NCBI GenBank assembly: GCA_049287025.1
Contig: JBAQFA010000022.1
Coordinates: 30,225 to 94,224, forward strand
Length of the DNA stretch: 64,000 bases
Direction: 5' to 3'
Source of the DNA: Candidatus Magasanikiibacteriota bacterium
Lineage (GTDB): Bacteria > Patescibacteriota > Patescibacteriia > Magasanikbacterales > UBA922
Shown here: positions 16,660-26,987 of the stretch, piece after piece
How the letters are laid out: each line of letters starts with the position of its first letter
How positions within the stretch are numbered: the first letter of the stretch is position 1
Notes under the pieces: model-generated
Database searches by the model: none
What the model was told of the DNA's origin: nothing
Seen by the model: the letters and a program-made list of their open reading frames with translations, nothing else
Program-made: the position numbers and the translations under genes

Positions 16660-18132
16660 ATGATAAGAACAAGATTTGCCCCCAGTCCAACTGGTTATGT
16701 CCATATTGGCAGTCTAAAAATGGCTTTGACTGATTATTTACTTGCTAGACAAAAAGGCGGGCAGTTTATTTTACGCGTAGAAGATACGGATCAAGGAAGA
16801 TTGGTAGAAGGGGCAGTAGAAAATTTACTTAGAACTTTGGATTGGGCAGGAATAAATCCAGATGAAGGAGTAAAATTTGATGTGGATAATAAAGTTGTTC
16901 AAGTGGGGGATAAGGGTCCATATATTCAATCTGAACGTCTAGATATTTATCATAAATATCTAGATGAACTGGTGGAAAAAGACCAAGCTTACTATTGTTT
17001 TTGTTCTAAAGAAAGATTAGATGAAGTGAGAAAAATTCAAGAATTAAATAAACAAGCGACCGGTTATGATGGGCATTGCCGAAGTATTAATTTAGAAGAA
17101 GCAAAAAAAAGAATTGAAGCCGGGGAGAAGGCAGTCGTAAGAATGAAAATGCCAAAAGAGGATGTTACAAAATTTACTGATTTAATTCGTGGTGAAGTTG
17201 AGTTTCAAAATAAATTGATTGATGATCAAGTAATTTTGAAATCTGATGGTTTCCCGACTTATCATTTGGCCGTTGTAGTAGATGATCATCTCATGGAAAT
17301 AACCCATGTTATACGGGGTGAAGAGTGGTTATCTTCTACACCCAAGCATATTGAATTGTATAAGATGTTTGGTTGGGAACCACCTTTATTTGCTCATTTA
17401 CCACTATTATTAAATCCTGATAAATCAAAACTTAGTAAACGCCAGGGTGATGTAGCTGTAGAAGATTATATTAAAAAAGGTTATTTACCAGAAGCGGTTT
17501 TGAATTTTGTGGCTTTTCTTGGTTGGAATCCTGGTGATGAAAGAGAAATATTTAGTTTGGAAGAATTAGTTAAAGAATTTTCTTTGGAAAAGGTTAGTAA
17601 AGCTGGCGCAGTTTTTAATTTGGAAAAACTTGATTGGTATAATAGGGAGTATATGAAGAAAATGGACAGTGCGGAACTGGCTAATAGATGTAAGGTTTTG
17701 TTTGAAGAGAAATATCACATATCACATATCACATATCACATATCACTCGATAAAGTAGTAGGGTTAGAAAAAGAAAGAGCCACGACACTAGTGGAGTTAG
17801 TTGATAATGTTAAATTTATATTTGAAATGGGGGAGTATGATAAAGAATTATTGGTCTGGAAAAAAAGTACAGCTGAGGATGCGAAAAATAAATTACAACA
17901 GCTCTCAGATTTATTGAACACATTTAGTGAACAAGACTGGTCTAAAGAAAATCTAGAAAAGAAAATAGGGGAGTGGGTAGTAGAAAGTGGCTTTGGCATG
18001 GGTGACGTCTTATGGCCAATGCGCATAGCTCTATCAGGCCAAAAGAATTCTCCCGGACCATATGAAATTGCTGATGTATTAGGGAAAGAAGAGTGTTTGT
18101 TACGGCTAAAATTGGCGATTAACAAAATTTAA
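16660..18132 (+). CDS. gltX: glutamyl-tRNA synthetase
   Basis: HIGS and KLSKR class I motifs. Confidence 0.9.
   Translation: MIRTRFAPSPTGYVHIGSLKMALTDYLLARQKGGQFILRVEDTDQGRLVEGAVENLLRTLDWAGINPDEGVKFDVDNKVVQVGDKGPYIQSERLDIYHKYLDELVEKDQAYYCFCSKERLDEVRKIQELNKQATGYDGHCRSINLEEAKKRIEAGEKAVVRMKMPKEDVTKFTDLIRGEVEFQNKLIDDQVILKSDGFPTYHLAVVVDDHLMEITHVIRGEEWLSSTPKHIELYKMFGWEPPLFAHLPLLLNPDKSKLSKRQGDVAVEDYIKKGYLPEAVLNFVAFLGWNPGDEREIFSLEELVKEFSLEKVSKAGAVFNLEKLDWYNREYMKKMDSAELANRCKVLFEEKYHISHITYHISLDKVVGLEKERATTLVELVDNVKFIFEMGEYDKELLVWKKSTAEDAKNKLQQLSDLLNTFSEQDWSKENLEKKIGEWVVESGFGMGDVLWPMRIALSGQKNSPGPYEIADVLGKEECLLRLKLAINKI
17712..17746 (+). repeat. 7-bp tandem repeat (atatcac)x5 inside gltX
   Basis: encodes YHISHITYHIS. 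Confidence 0.9.
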
Positions 18133-18133
18133 T

Positions 18134-18222
18134 AGAACTCAAATTACCATAATGGCCAAAATTTACCAAAATAAATTTGCGAAAATTTGAGGTAATTTTG
18201 GAAATTTGTGTTCTATTATTCG
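18134..18222. repeat. IR-bounded element (family C) tagaactcaaatt...aatttgtgttcta
   Basis: second copy of 14563-14645 element, directly upstream of M23 gene. Confidence 0.5.
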
Positions 18223-18245
18223 TATTAAGATGATATAATATTTAC

Positions 18246-19484
18246 ATGAAGAAAATTTTGCCTGTCATTTTATTTATACTATTAGTTGGATTATTATTCC
18301 AGCCTATTTTTGTATATACTGAAAATGTGGGTGGTAATACTGCCGAAATTGAACAATTAAACAAAGCCATTGCGGAAAAAAAGGCCAAGATTAAACAATT
18401 AGAACAAACTATAGAAGAATATAAAAAACAAATCAATCAAAAACGATTAGAGTCGGTTTCTCTCAAAAATCAAATGGCGATTATTAATAATCGAGTTTTG
18501 CAAGTTGAATTGGATATTAAAATTACAGAAGAAAAACTTGATTCTTTGCAATTGGAAATTGAAACTTTACAATTATCAATTGAGGACAAAGAAAAAGTCA
18601 TGAATAAACAAAAATTAATTTTGGCTGAGCTAATTCAAGATATACATTATAATGATAATAAAAATTATTTGGAGATCGCCGCTGGCTATGATAACTTTTC
18701 TGATTTTTATAATCAACTGCAATATGTGCAGACCTTGGATCAGGAATTGGGAAAGAATGTGAAGACTCTACGTGGTATAAAAGAAGAATTGCAAGCTAAA
18801 AAGACTCAAACTGAAGAATGCAAAAAATCTTATGATGATTTGAAAAAAGAATTAGAAGAAAAAATGAAAGATTTGAATGATCAGGTGAATTATAAAGCTA
18901 CTTTGCTGACTCAAACTCAATCATCTGAAGCTAAATACCAAACATTATTAACTAGTTTAAAATCTCAATATCAACAAATAGAAAATGAAGTTTCATCAAT
19001 TGAACAAGAAGTGAGAAGAAAACTTGAAGCGGCTAATAAATTGGATAATATTCCTGGTGATTCTACGCAATTGTCTTGGCCAACCCAGAGTCGATATATA
19101 ACAGCTCGTTTTCATGATCCAGATTATCCTTATCGTCATGTTTTTGAACATACAGGTATAGACATTAGGGCTGGTCATGGAACAGCCTTAAAAGCGGCTG
19201 CCTCAGGCTATGTAGCCCGGGCAAAAAAGTGTTCTCTGGCTAGTTGTTATAGTTATGTCATGTTGGTTCATTCTGGTGGAATTGCGACTGTTTATGGTCA
19301 TATGAGTGGTATTACAGTGTCAGAAGATCAATTTGTCACCAGAGGGGACATAGTTGGTTATTCTGGTGGTACACCTGGCACAGCTGGTGCGGGTCCATTT
19401 GTGACTGGGCCACATCTTCATTTTGAAGTCAGAAAAGATGGTATTCCAGTTAATCCATTGAATTATCTGGTACAGGACTGGTAA
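18246..19484 (+). CDS. M23 family metallopeptidase with N-terminal coiled coil (EnvC-like)
   Basis: HTGIDI and GPHLHFE motifs; long coiled-coil. Confidence 0.75.
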   Translation: MKKILPVILFILLVGLLFQPIFVYTENVGGNTAEIEQLNKAIAEKKAKIKQLEQTIEEYKKQINQKRLESVSLKNQMAIINNRVLQVELDIKITEEKLDSLQLEIETLQLSIEDKEKVMNKQKLILAELIQDIHYNDNKNYLEIAAGYDNFSDFYNQLQYVQTLDQELGKNVKTLRGIKEELQAKKTQTEECKKSYDDLKKELEEKMKDLNDQVNYKATLLTQTQSSEAKYQTLLTSLKSQYQQIENEVSSIEQEVRRKLEAANKLDNIPGDSTQLSWPTQSRYITARFHDPDYPYRHVFEHTGIDIRAGHGTALKAAASGYVARAKKCSLASCYSYVMLVHSGGIATVYGHMSGITVSEDQFVTRGDIVGYSGGTPGTAGAGPFVTGPHLHFEVRKDGIPVNPLNYLVQDW

Positions 19485-19534
19485 TTTGTTTGCGATACTA
19501 ATATACGAATTCATACTAATTATACTAATATAAT

Positions 19535-20128
19535 ATGGTTATTGTTTTTGATCTAAGTGGAGTATTTTTAAATAAAGGAATGAAAGTGGCGATTAAAAGA
19601 ATAAGTAATAAATATAATTTAGAACCTGAAAAAATCAGGTTTGTTTTAAATGGTTCTTTTGCTGAGGAATATAGGAGTGGTTTAATTGACGTAGTTGATT
19701 TTTGGGAGAAGGCTAAAAATAAATTAGGTGTAGAAGACATTGCTGGTGTAAAACAAATATTTTTTGATTCATATGAACCACAAAAATCCTCAGTTGAATT
19801 GATTAAACAGATTAAGAGTAAAGGAATTAGAGTTGGCTATTTATCAAATAGTCCAAAAGACAGAACAGAATATCTAGACAAAAAATATAATTTCATTTCG
19901 TTATTTGATTTTGGACTTTTTTCTTTTGATGCTCATCTGTGTAAACCAGATAAGAAAGTTTATGAGAAATTATTAGAGGATTTTGATTTGAAAGCCGAAG
20001 ATGTTATCTATACTGACGATGTCCAAAAAAATCTGGAACCGGCAAAAGAGCTTGGTATAAAGACAGTGTTGTTTAATGATGTAGAAAGTTTTAAAAAAGA
20101 ACTTGAACAGTCGGGCATAATACTCTAA
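19535..20128 (+). CDS. HAD superfamily hydrolase
   Basis: DLSGV motif I at N-terminus, C-terminal D-D motif. Confidence 0.6.
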   Translation: MVIVFDLSGVFLNKGMKVAIKRISNKYNLEPEKIRFVLNGSFAEEYRSGLIDVVDFWEKAKNKLGVEDIAGVKQIFFDSYEPQKSSVELIKQIKSKGIRVGYLSNSPKDRTEYLDKKYNFISLFDFGLFSFDAHLCKPDKKVYEKLLEDFDLKAEDVIYTDDVQKNLEPAKELGIKTVLFNDVESFKKELEQSGIIL

Positions 20129-20214
20129 AAATTATTAGCTGATAAATATCTTGTGTCGCACAATATTTAGGAAGGGGAGAGAGGATATAGAAAAAGGGGA
20201 TATAAAAATTAATA

Positions 20215-20248
20215 AAAGACCTCATTAATATGTGAGGTCTTTGTTTTT
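20215..20248 (+). terminator. intrinsic terminator aaagacctcattaatatgtgaggtctttgttttt
   Basis: 10-bp stem then T-run. Confidence 0.7.
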
Positions 20249-20514
20249 AATAAATGTTTTAAATTACTAATTACTAATTCACCTAATTTCTAATAAAAAA
20301 ATAAAATAAATTTTAAAATCAATAATATTTTATATAAGTGTGTTGAAGGTATAGTAAATAAGGTAAATGGTATTAGTTGTGAGTCTTTTTGGCTTAACTT
20401 AGTAGTATGTTTATACCTGGGCTCTAGAAACCCCTAGTATATAGTGTCGTATAAGATATATTGTGCGACGCCACTACTATCTTAGTCTAAGGAGAAAAAC
20501 CTATTCTCCCCTGT

Positions 20515-21531
20515 CTATTGCCAATAAATTTTTCCTAAATAACGAAGATCAATATATTGTAAATTATTTCTTTTTATTTTATTTTTTAAAGTATATTGCA
20601 ATTCTTCAAATTGTTTATCAATTTCTTTATTTAGCTTCACTTTTATGTCCCAACCCTCCCTAGTCTTGATTATCCCATCTCCCAGGTCGTTTTCTAGCAC
20701 TACATAGCCAAATGCTATATCAGTCCGCTTGGTTAATAAATTGAACCAGCTTATAATTCCGGCCACATTGTTTTCATTCAAAACCTGATCATTCAAATTT
20801 GTGTCTCTGTTTCTAATATCATAAACAATGGGATAATCACCCATTTCATTTACAATATTTCTAACTGACGGAATATGGGCTAATTTTATCACATCAGTTT
20901 TTGTAATAATTTCACCCGTTTCATTGGTTGAAGTGGTTATTTTGGTTTCAGTTTGCCATTCATCATCCCCGACTTTACGAAGAATTTCTACAATATGGCC
21001 ATCAGTCCCAATATAACTATAATTTATTCCATTGTCATAAATCAAAGTAGAAATTTTTTCTTCAACTACGATATTTAAATTATTCGGAAAAGTCTTGCTA
21101 ATAATAATTGATTCAATGGGAAATTTTTCTTTTAAAATATCTCTAACCTCGTCTAGGTCAACAATGAAATAGTTTTGTCCAGGAAAAATAAATAATCGTT
21201 TATAATTAATCACCCCCAGTGTAGCTTCTTTTATTTCTGTCTCAGAAATTCTTTGTAAGCCAGCTATGTTTATAGTTTTGATATAAAAGAAATGACTAAA
21301 AACGCTAATAATTATCATTGATAATATAGCTATACCCAAAATGGATAGTTCAATAATTTTTTTCCAATCTCTTTCCCCTTTTTCTTGCCAAAATGGATTT
21401 CTTTTTCTCTTGTGCCAATCAAAGTCGCGCTGGGCAGTATTTTTTGAAGAAGAAAAAATAAAATCAGAAGCGATCTTGAATCCCCGACCCCACTTGCGTT
21501 TGTGTTTGTGAATGTTAAAATTATTGTACAC
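20515..21531 (-). CDS. FtsQ/DivIB-like cell division protein (POTRA)
   Basis: N-terminal TM anchor and POTRA-like domain. Confidence 0.45.
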   Translation of the reverse strand: MYNNFNIHKHKRKWGRGFKIASDFIFSSSKNTAQRDFDWHKRKRNPFWQEKGERDWKKIIELSILGIAILSMIIISVFSHFFYIKTINIAGLQRISETEIKEATLGVINYKRLFIFPGQNYFIVDLDEVRDILKEKFPIESIIISKTFPNNLNIVVEEKISTLIYDNGINYSYIGTDGHIVEILRKVGDDEWQTETKITTSTNETGEIITKTDVIKLAHIPSVRNIVNEMGDYPIVYDIRNRDTNLNDQVLNENNVAGIISWFNLLTKRTDIAFGYVVLENDLGDGIIKTREGWDIKVKLNKEIDKQFEELQYTLKNKIKRNNLQYIDLRYLGKIYWQ

Positions 21532-21540
21532 AGTAACTTA

Positions 21541-22557
21541 TCAATTTAAACAAAGTTTATTTATTTTTTCCATTACAGTTTTATCAACATCCAACCAACC
21601 TCTTTTCAAACACTTAGCTTTATTTTTATAAGCTCGTTCTCCAGGTATTAAAATTTCTTTTATAGTGGTTCTTTTTCTTGATTTTTTAAGTTCCTTTATT
21701 AGTTGGGTGTTTTCTTTTTTAAATTTGTTTAGATTAACAAATTTGCTTGGGTCAATGGCTAGATATAGGGCACCACGTTGTTTCCATTTTTTATTTAAGA
21801 AATTTTTAATACCAAAACCAGAATTAACTAATGAGCCAGTTAATATTTCAAATAATATTCCTAGAATATAACCCTTATAATCACCAAAAGGCAGAGCAGA
21901 ATAAGCTTTATCTGGGTCAGTCGCTATATTTCCCTTTTTATCTAAAAAAGAATTTAGTGGTAAATTTTTGTTTAGAAGTTTAGAGAATTCTACTTCCCGC
22001 CAAGCTTTGACTGAAATTGCCATATCAGCCACGATTGGTTCACAGGTGGTTGGGATGGCAAAGCCAATTGGATCAGTACTTATCACTGGATCAATTCCTC
22101 CAAACGGGGCTACTAGTGGAGCTCCCCCGTTATGAAAAACTATGCCAATTAAATTATGTTTAGCAATTTCTTCAGCTTGACTACCTGGTCTAAGAATTGC
22201 TTGAGTTTTATAAGTACCGACCATAGCAATGCCAAATTGTTTGGCTTTTTTTATTAGAATTTTTTTTGCTAATTGGGCGACTAATTGACCAGCCTGTTTG
22301 CCCCCGTCAATAAGAGCATAAGCTTTTTGATTTTTTTTAATAATAATTTTTTTTGGATCAGAACTATTTTTCAATCTATTTATATCATAAACTCCACTAA
22401 CAAAAGCTGCTAAGCCGTGAGTTTTTTTACCCAACAGTTCGCCTTCTAAAAAATCAGCAAAAATAATATTAGCAATATCTTTTTTCATTTTACATTTTGA
22501 AACTAAAAAGTTTTCGCAAGTTTTTCTAATTTCATTTATTTTTACTTTCATAAACAT
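21541..22557 (-). CDS. Ldh_2 family (malate/L-lactate dehydrogenase-like) oxidoreductase
   Basis: LGKKTHGLA-type motif. Confidence 0.5.
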   Translation of the reverse strand: MFMKVKINEIRKTCENFLVSKCKMKKDIANIIFADFLEGELLGKKTHGLAAFVSGVYDINRLKNSSDPKKIIIKKNQKAYALIDGGKQAGQLVAQLAKKILIKKAKQFGIAMVGTYKTQAILRPGSQAEEIAKHNLIGIVFHNGGAPLVAPFGGIDPVISTDPIGFAIPTTCEPIVADMAISVKAWREVEFSKLLNKNLPLNSFLDKKGNIATDPDKAYSALPFGDYKGYILGILFEILTGSLVNSGFGIKNFLNKKWKQRGALYLAIDPSKFVNLNKFKKENTQLIKELKKSRKRTTIKEILIPGERAYKNKAKCLKRGWLDVDKTVMEKINKLCLN

Positions 22558-22700
22558 TGATTACACTGATTTAATTTCTGTTTTAATCTGCTTTAATTTG
22601 TTCAAATCTGCTGTTTTGTATAATTTAACAGCAGATTAAACGAATTATAACGGATTTGAGCAGATATATACAACGCTAATTAATTTTATGTGTTATATTA

Positions 22701-23114
22701 CTAAATGATTTTTTGTAAATCACCATAAATAATGGTTGGCTTTACCGCTTCAATCTCTGATTCACAGTAGGGCATTTTTGGTATTGGATTGAGTAAAAAA
22801 ATCTTTTGATTTAGTACATGAGCAAAGCCTATTTCCATTAAGGTATTACCACCAATATAATTTTCAATATTGTTTTTATCAAAATTTAAAACAAGAATGG
22901 CGTCAGCGCCTTGCATCATATTCCAAAATTCACGAATAGCATCATCGTTGTGTTTTTGGTAGAGTTTTATATCCTCTATCTCTTCAGCTGTCTTGCCAAT
23001 CATTGTTTTGTGAAGATTTGTTAAAAAAGCTTCATGACCTAATTCAGAAAGTTTGTTGCGGTACTCAACCATTTTGTCGGTAAATTGCATGGAACCTACA
23101 ATTCCTATTTTCAT
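22701..23114 (-). CDS. hypothetical protein (nucleoside 2-deoxyribosyltransferase-like fold possible)
   Basis: ORF only. Confidence 0.35.
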   Translation of the reverse strand: MKIGIVGSMQFTDKMVEYRNKLSELGHEAFLTNLHKTMIGKTAEEIEDIKLYQKHNDDAIREFWNMMQGADAILVLNFDKNNIENYIGGNTLMEIGFAHVLNQKIFLLNPIPKMPYCESEIEAVKPTIIYGDLQKII

Positions 23115-23127
23115 ATTAAAATTTATA

Positions 23128-24141
23128 TCAAAATCCCCTTTTAATTTTTCTAATTGACTCTACCAACCAATTTAACCAATATTTGGATGTAATGGGTAAA
23201 TCTTGGCAATGTAATAAATCTTTTTGTGAGCCACCAAAACCTTTTTTAAAATGAGTGATACCATGGAAAGGATGATTTTTTGGTGAGTTTTCTGGCGCTA
23301 TTCCCCAAAAATTATAATATTTTATATTTCTTTTTTTTGCTTCTTTTATAGCTTCCCATTGCAGTAAATACGAGGTTGGTAGGCGTTTATCAAGGCTCAG
23401 TGAAGCTCCATGGCGATAAGCAGACATGTTGCCGTAAAACATAACTATAGCAGAAGAATCTAGTCTTCCATCTGGTAAATAAGCATTAAGAACAAGAGCT
23501 TCATTGTGTTGAGAGAAAACAGAAAATTCGTTGGTAATATATTTTTGGGAAAAGCGATGAAAATTGTGGCGTTTGGCTGTTTCGTCATGGAGTTTATTAA
23601 AATTTTCTAGATCAGCTACTTGGTTTTTGATTTCAATTTTTACATTCTCTTTTTCACAACGATGAATTAGGTTGCGGTGATTTTTATTCATGTCAGTTAG
23701 TAGCTGTTCTTCAGTTTTATCTAAGTCTAAAATCCACGTAGTCTCGGCCAAGACATGCATTGGGGCTGGTCTAAAGCCTAATTTTTTAAACAGATTTTTA
23801 TTGTCTTCGGTTTCATCTAGAAAAGGACTAATTCTAATAAAATCATATTTATTTTTCTCTGCAAAAGATTTTAGATAATTGATAAAAATATCTAAAAATT
23901 TATTTACTTCTCCAATTGGACCATAGGGTAAATAGAGAAAGTCCCCTCTTTTGGCATGAGTACTGATAACTAATGAACCACCAATTAATTTATAATCCTC
24001 ATAAACACCAAAGATCCAGGATTGTTCAGACATTGATTCATAAAATTCTCCATAATGAAAAGATTGAACAAAAAGTGTGTTCATTTGAGATAAGACAAAA
24101 TTTTCCCAGTCATTTTTATTCTCCACTACTCTTACTTCCAT
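23128..24141 (-). CDS. FemAB-family peptidoglycan bridge-formation protein (GNAT fold)
   Basis: length and family-like segments. Confidence 0.45.
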   Translation of the reverse strand: MEVRVVENKNDWENFVLSQMNTLFVQSFHYGEFYESMSEQSWIFGVYEDYKLIGGSLVISTHAKRGDFLYLPYGPIGEVNKFLDIFINYLKSFAEKNKYDFIRISPFLDETEDNKNLFKKLGFRPAPMHVLAETTWILDLDKTEEQLLTDMNKNHRNLIHRCEKENVKIEIKNQVADLENFNKLHDETAKRHNFHRFSQKYITNEFSVFSQHNEALVLNAYLPDGRLDSSAIVMFYGNMSAYRHGASLSLDKRLPTSYLLQWEAIKEAKKRNIKYYNFWGIAPENSPKNHPFHGITHFKKGFGGSQKDLLHCQDLPITSKYWLNWLVESIRKIKRGF

Positions 24142-24146
24142 AAAAT

Positions 24147-25385
24147 TTAATATTGGTTTATTAAGTTTATTATTCTCTCTGCATCCATATTAGTAATGTT
24201 TGTGTCAGTGGGTAGATTGATAGACATGGCAGAAAGTTCTTCAGCTTTTGGGCAATCTCCAGTTTTGTATCCAGATTTAGTAATATCAATATCAGTCGGA
24301 GCTATGGGGCTTCTATACCAATCACCCAAAATAATATTTTGTTTTTTGGCTAACTGTTGTAGTTCAATTGGATTTTTAACTAAAATATTATAGCGAAGCC
24401 AAACTGATTCTTCTGTCCACACGGGCTTAATAATTTTGGAATTATTAATTTTATCATTATAAAGTTTGGCAATGGTTTGCCTATGATCATTAAATTCAGA
24501 AATTTTTTCAGTTTGATTTAATAAAATTTTCGCAAGAGCATTTGGTAGTAGTGATGGGTAAAACAAAACTTGTTTGCCATTTTTTTCTTGGTTATAAATA
24601 ATTTTATTTATTAAATTTAGTTTTTTTGCTATCCCTAAGAGCCACTTTCCTATTTTAATTCCATATAGCTTTTTACCTATAAAAAATATTGGATAATGAC
24701 ACAAATGTTGTTTAATTTTTAAAAGTCTAGATTGTGGCAATCGTGATTGATAATCTTTAATTTTTTTGGCAATTTCTTCACTATTAGTAATCAATCCCCC
24801 ACCTCGGACACAGGAAATAATTTTATCACTCCCAAAACTAAACATCCCAATATCACCAAAAGTACCTAGTAATTTATTATTGTATTTAGCCCCTAAGGAA
24901 TGAGCACAATCTTCAATTACTTTTAAATTATTTTGTTTGGCAATTACTAATAATTTTTCTAAATTAGCTGGCTTGCCAAAAGTATGCTGAATAATTAAGA
25001 TTTTTGCTTTAGGAGTAATTTTTTTCTGCAAATCATCTGTACTCATGTTAAAATCACTGTCTATATCAATATATATTGGCTTGGCTCCTGTCCAAACGAT
25101 AGCATTGCTCACTACCATGCATGTATAGGCTTGGACTAACACCTCATCATCCTGTTTTATTTCTAAAGATTTTAAAACATAAAATAAAGCGGTGCGACCA
25201 CTATCAAAAGCAAAACTATGTTTAGCAGAGAAATAATTTTGCAACCAAATTTCTATTTTTCCTGTGTATTCTCCTTTTTTCCAAGACAAGGGTTTAAATA
25301 AAAAAACACCAGCTGTTTTCACATCTTCCGTAGTTAGGTTAGGCGCAAAGCCAGTAAAAATAAATTTTTTAAAAAAACTAAACAT
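24147..25385 (-). CDS. DegT/DnrJ/EryC1/StrS PLP-dependent aminotransferase
   Basis: GDIGMFSFGSDKII Lys-PLP region. Confidence 0.7.
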   Translation of the reverse strand: MFSFFKKFIFTGFAPNLTTEDVKTAGVFLFKPLSWKKGEYTGKIEIWLQNYFSAKHSFAFDSGRTALFYVLKSLEIKQDDEVLVQAYTCMVVSNAIVWTGAKPIYIDIDSDFNMSTDDLQKKITPKAKILIIQHTFGKPANLEKLLVIAKQNNLKVIEDCAHSLGAKYNNKLLGTFGDIGMFSFGSDKIISCVRGGGLITNSEEIAKKIKDYQSRLPQSRLLKIKQHLCHYPIFFIGKKLYGIKIGKWLLGIAKKLNLINKIIYNQEKNGKQVLFYPSLLPNALAKILLNQTEKISEFNDHRQTIAKLYNDKINNSKIIKPVWTEESVWLRYNILVKNPIELQQLAKKQNIILGDWYRSPIAPTDIDITKSGYKTGDCPKAEELSAMSINLPTDTNITNMDAERIINLINQY

Positions 25386-25387
25386 AA

Positions 25388-26983
25388 CTAAATTTCTTTT
25401 TCTGAATTTTGTAGAATTTCATCTAGAACTATTTTTGGTAAACGATTTTCTAAAAGAATAGCTGAGTGAGAATTTTTTATAGTTTTAACATAATTAAGTA
25501 ATTCCAGTGGTTCATAAATTGTCTTTAATTCAATATTAAATTTTGGAACCAAACCATTTTTGATTGGTTCAATAAAATCAGGCGTGATTAAAACTAGTTC
25601 ATCGGCTGTATAAGAAATTTCTCCAGCGATTTTTTCATGTTCTCCATTACTCTTTTCTCCCAGTTCTAACATACCGCGGGTTATTACAATTCTTTTTTGT
25701 TCAGTCGGAAATTTTGACAAATAGTCTAGGGCAGATTTAAAACCTTCAGGATTGGAATTGTAACTGTCGTCAATTACATTACAATTGCCATATTTATAAA
25801 GATTGACTGTCTGTGGCAGTTCTTTAATGGAATTTAAGACATCTTCACGCTGTAAACCAAAAAAATAACTTACTAAAACACAGGGTACGATATTAAAAAC
25901 ATTATGTACTCCACGTAGGTGGGCTTTGGTTGTCACCGGTTCATTTTTTTCATAAGTCACAGTCGCTTCAACTGTGTCCAGTGAATCATGTATATTTTGG
26001 ATTAATAAATTTGGTTTGAATTCTACTTCAGTTCCAAAAGTTTTTATTTGGCACTTAAGTTCAGATAAAAATTCTCTGCAATATGGATTGTCAGAATTGG
26101 TCACAGCCAAACCATCTTGAGGTAGAGATCGAAGTAATTCATACTTAGCTCGTTGCAAATTTTTCATACTACCAAATAGAGATAGGTGTTGATTGGCAAT
26201 GGCAGTGAGAATACCAATGGTAGGTTTTACCATGTCGCAAATAGTTTTTATTTCACCTAGATTATAAGCGCCCATTTCTACGATAAAAATTTGTTGATCA
26301 GAAAAATCTGTATTTAAAATAAATTTGGCAATGCCAATTTCCGTATTAACATGTTTGGGAGTAGATATAACTTTAAATTTTTTGGTTAAGAAGTGTTCTA
26401 AAAATATTTTTGTAGTAGTCTTACCATAACTGCCAGTAATGCCAATAACTTTTAAATTTTTGTAAGTTGTTATTTTTCTGGTAGCTCTTTTTATTATTAT
26501 TTTTTTAATTAAATCAGTTAGAAAATTTACAAAGTAGACTATCAAACCAAGTACAAAAATTCTAGTCATCATTAATATTAGCAAAGCATCCCAATTGTGT
26601 GATTTGAACAAAAAGCTTACTTCCAAAAATATAGGAATAAGAATTAAAAATGATGATTTAAAAGTAAATACTGGTCTAATAAATTTCTTTCTTTTAAATA
26701 TTTTATAAATGTCATGGATAAAGTTGATAACTAAAATAAATAAAATAACTGCCTTTTGTAGAGGAATACTTAGGGGTAAAAATAAGGCGATCATTATCAG
26801 CAAAGCTCGATGGACAATATTAAATTGAAAAGTAAAATGTTTACCTTGTTCAGTATTTAAAAAATCTCTAAATCTATCCCAGCGATATTCTTTCAACTGA
26901 GCAAAATAAACAAAATAGCTATAGTCGGAAATAGCAGAAAAAATCCAGAGGATTAGTATAAGTAAATTTAGTGTGGAAAACAT
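25388..26983 (-). CDS. murF: UDP-MurNAc-tripeptide--D-Ala-D-Ala ligase with N-terminal membrane domain
   Basis: GITGSYGKTTTK P-loop at about residue 183 preceded by 4-5 TM helices. Confidence 0.7.
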   Translation of the reverse strand: MFSTLNLLILILWIFSAISDYSYFVYFAQLKEYRWDRFRDFLNTEQGKHFTFQFNIVHRALLIMIALFLPLSIPLQKAVILFILVINFIHDIYKIFKRKKFIRPVFTFKSSFLILIPIFLEVSFLFKSHNWDALLILMMTRIFVLGLIVYFVNFLTDLIKKIIIKRATRKITTYKNLKVIGITGSYGKTTTKIFLEHFLTKKFKVISTPKHVNTEIGIAKFILNTDFSDQQIFIVEMGAYNLGEIKTICDMVKPTIGILTAIANQHLSLFGSMKNLQRAKYELLRSLPQDGLAVTNSDNPYCREFLSELKCQIKTFGTEVEFKPNLLIQNIHDSLDTVEATVTYEKNEPVTTKAHLRGVHNVFNIVPCVLVSYFFGLQREDVLNSIKELPQTVNLYKYGNCNVIDDSYNSNPEGFKSALDYLSKFPTEQKRIVITRGMLELGEKSNGEHEKIAGEISYTADELVLITPDFIEPIKNGLVPKFNIELKTIYEPLELLNYVKTIKNSHSAILLENRLPKIVLDEILQNSEKEI

Positions 26984-26987
26984 ATTA

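Noticed and set aside
16660-16662. tataat immediately before the gltX ATG as its -10
   Set aside because: It is too close to the start codon to serve as a -10 for a leadered mRNA, and no matching -35 is present; the promoter is not identified.
15515-18125. Minus-strand ORFs 15515-15925 and 17736-18125
   Set aside because: Antisense to the trmH-like and gltX genes, which have strong motif support.
20130-20514. Searched the long intergenic regions (here, 34203-34402 and 47155-47425) for tRNA, tmRNA, SRP or RNase P RNA
   Set aside because: No T-loop GGTTCGA-type motif, SRP domain IV or RNase P conserved motifs were seen; only hairpins and terminators.
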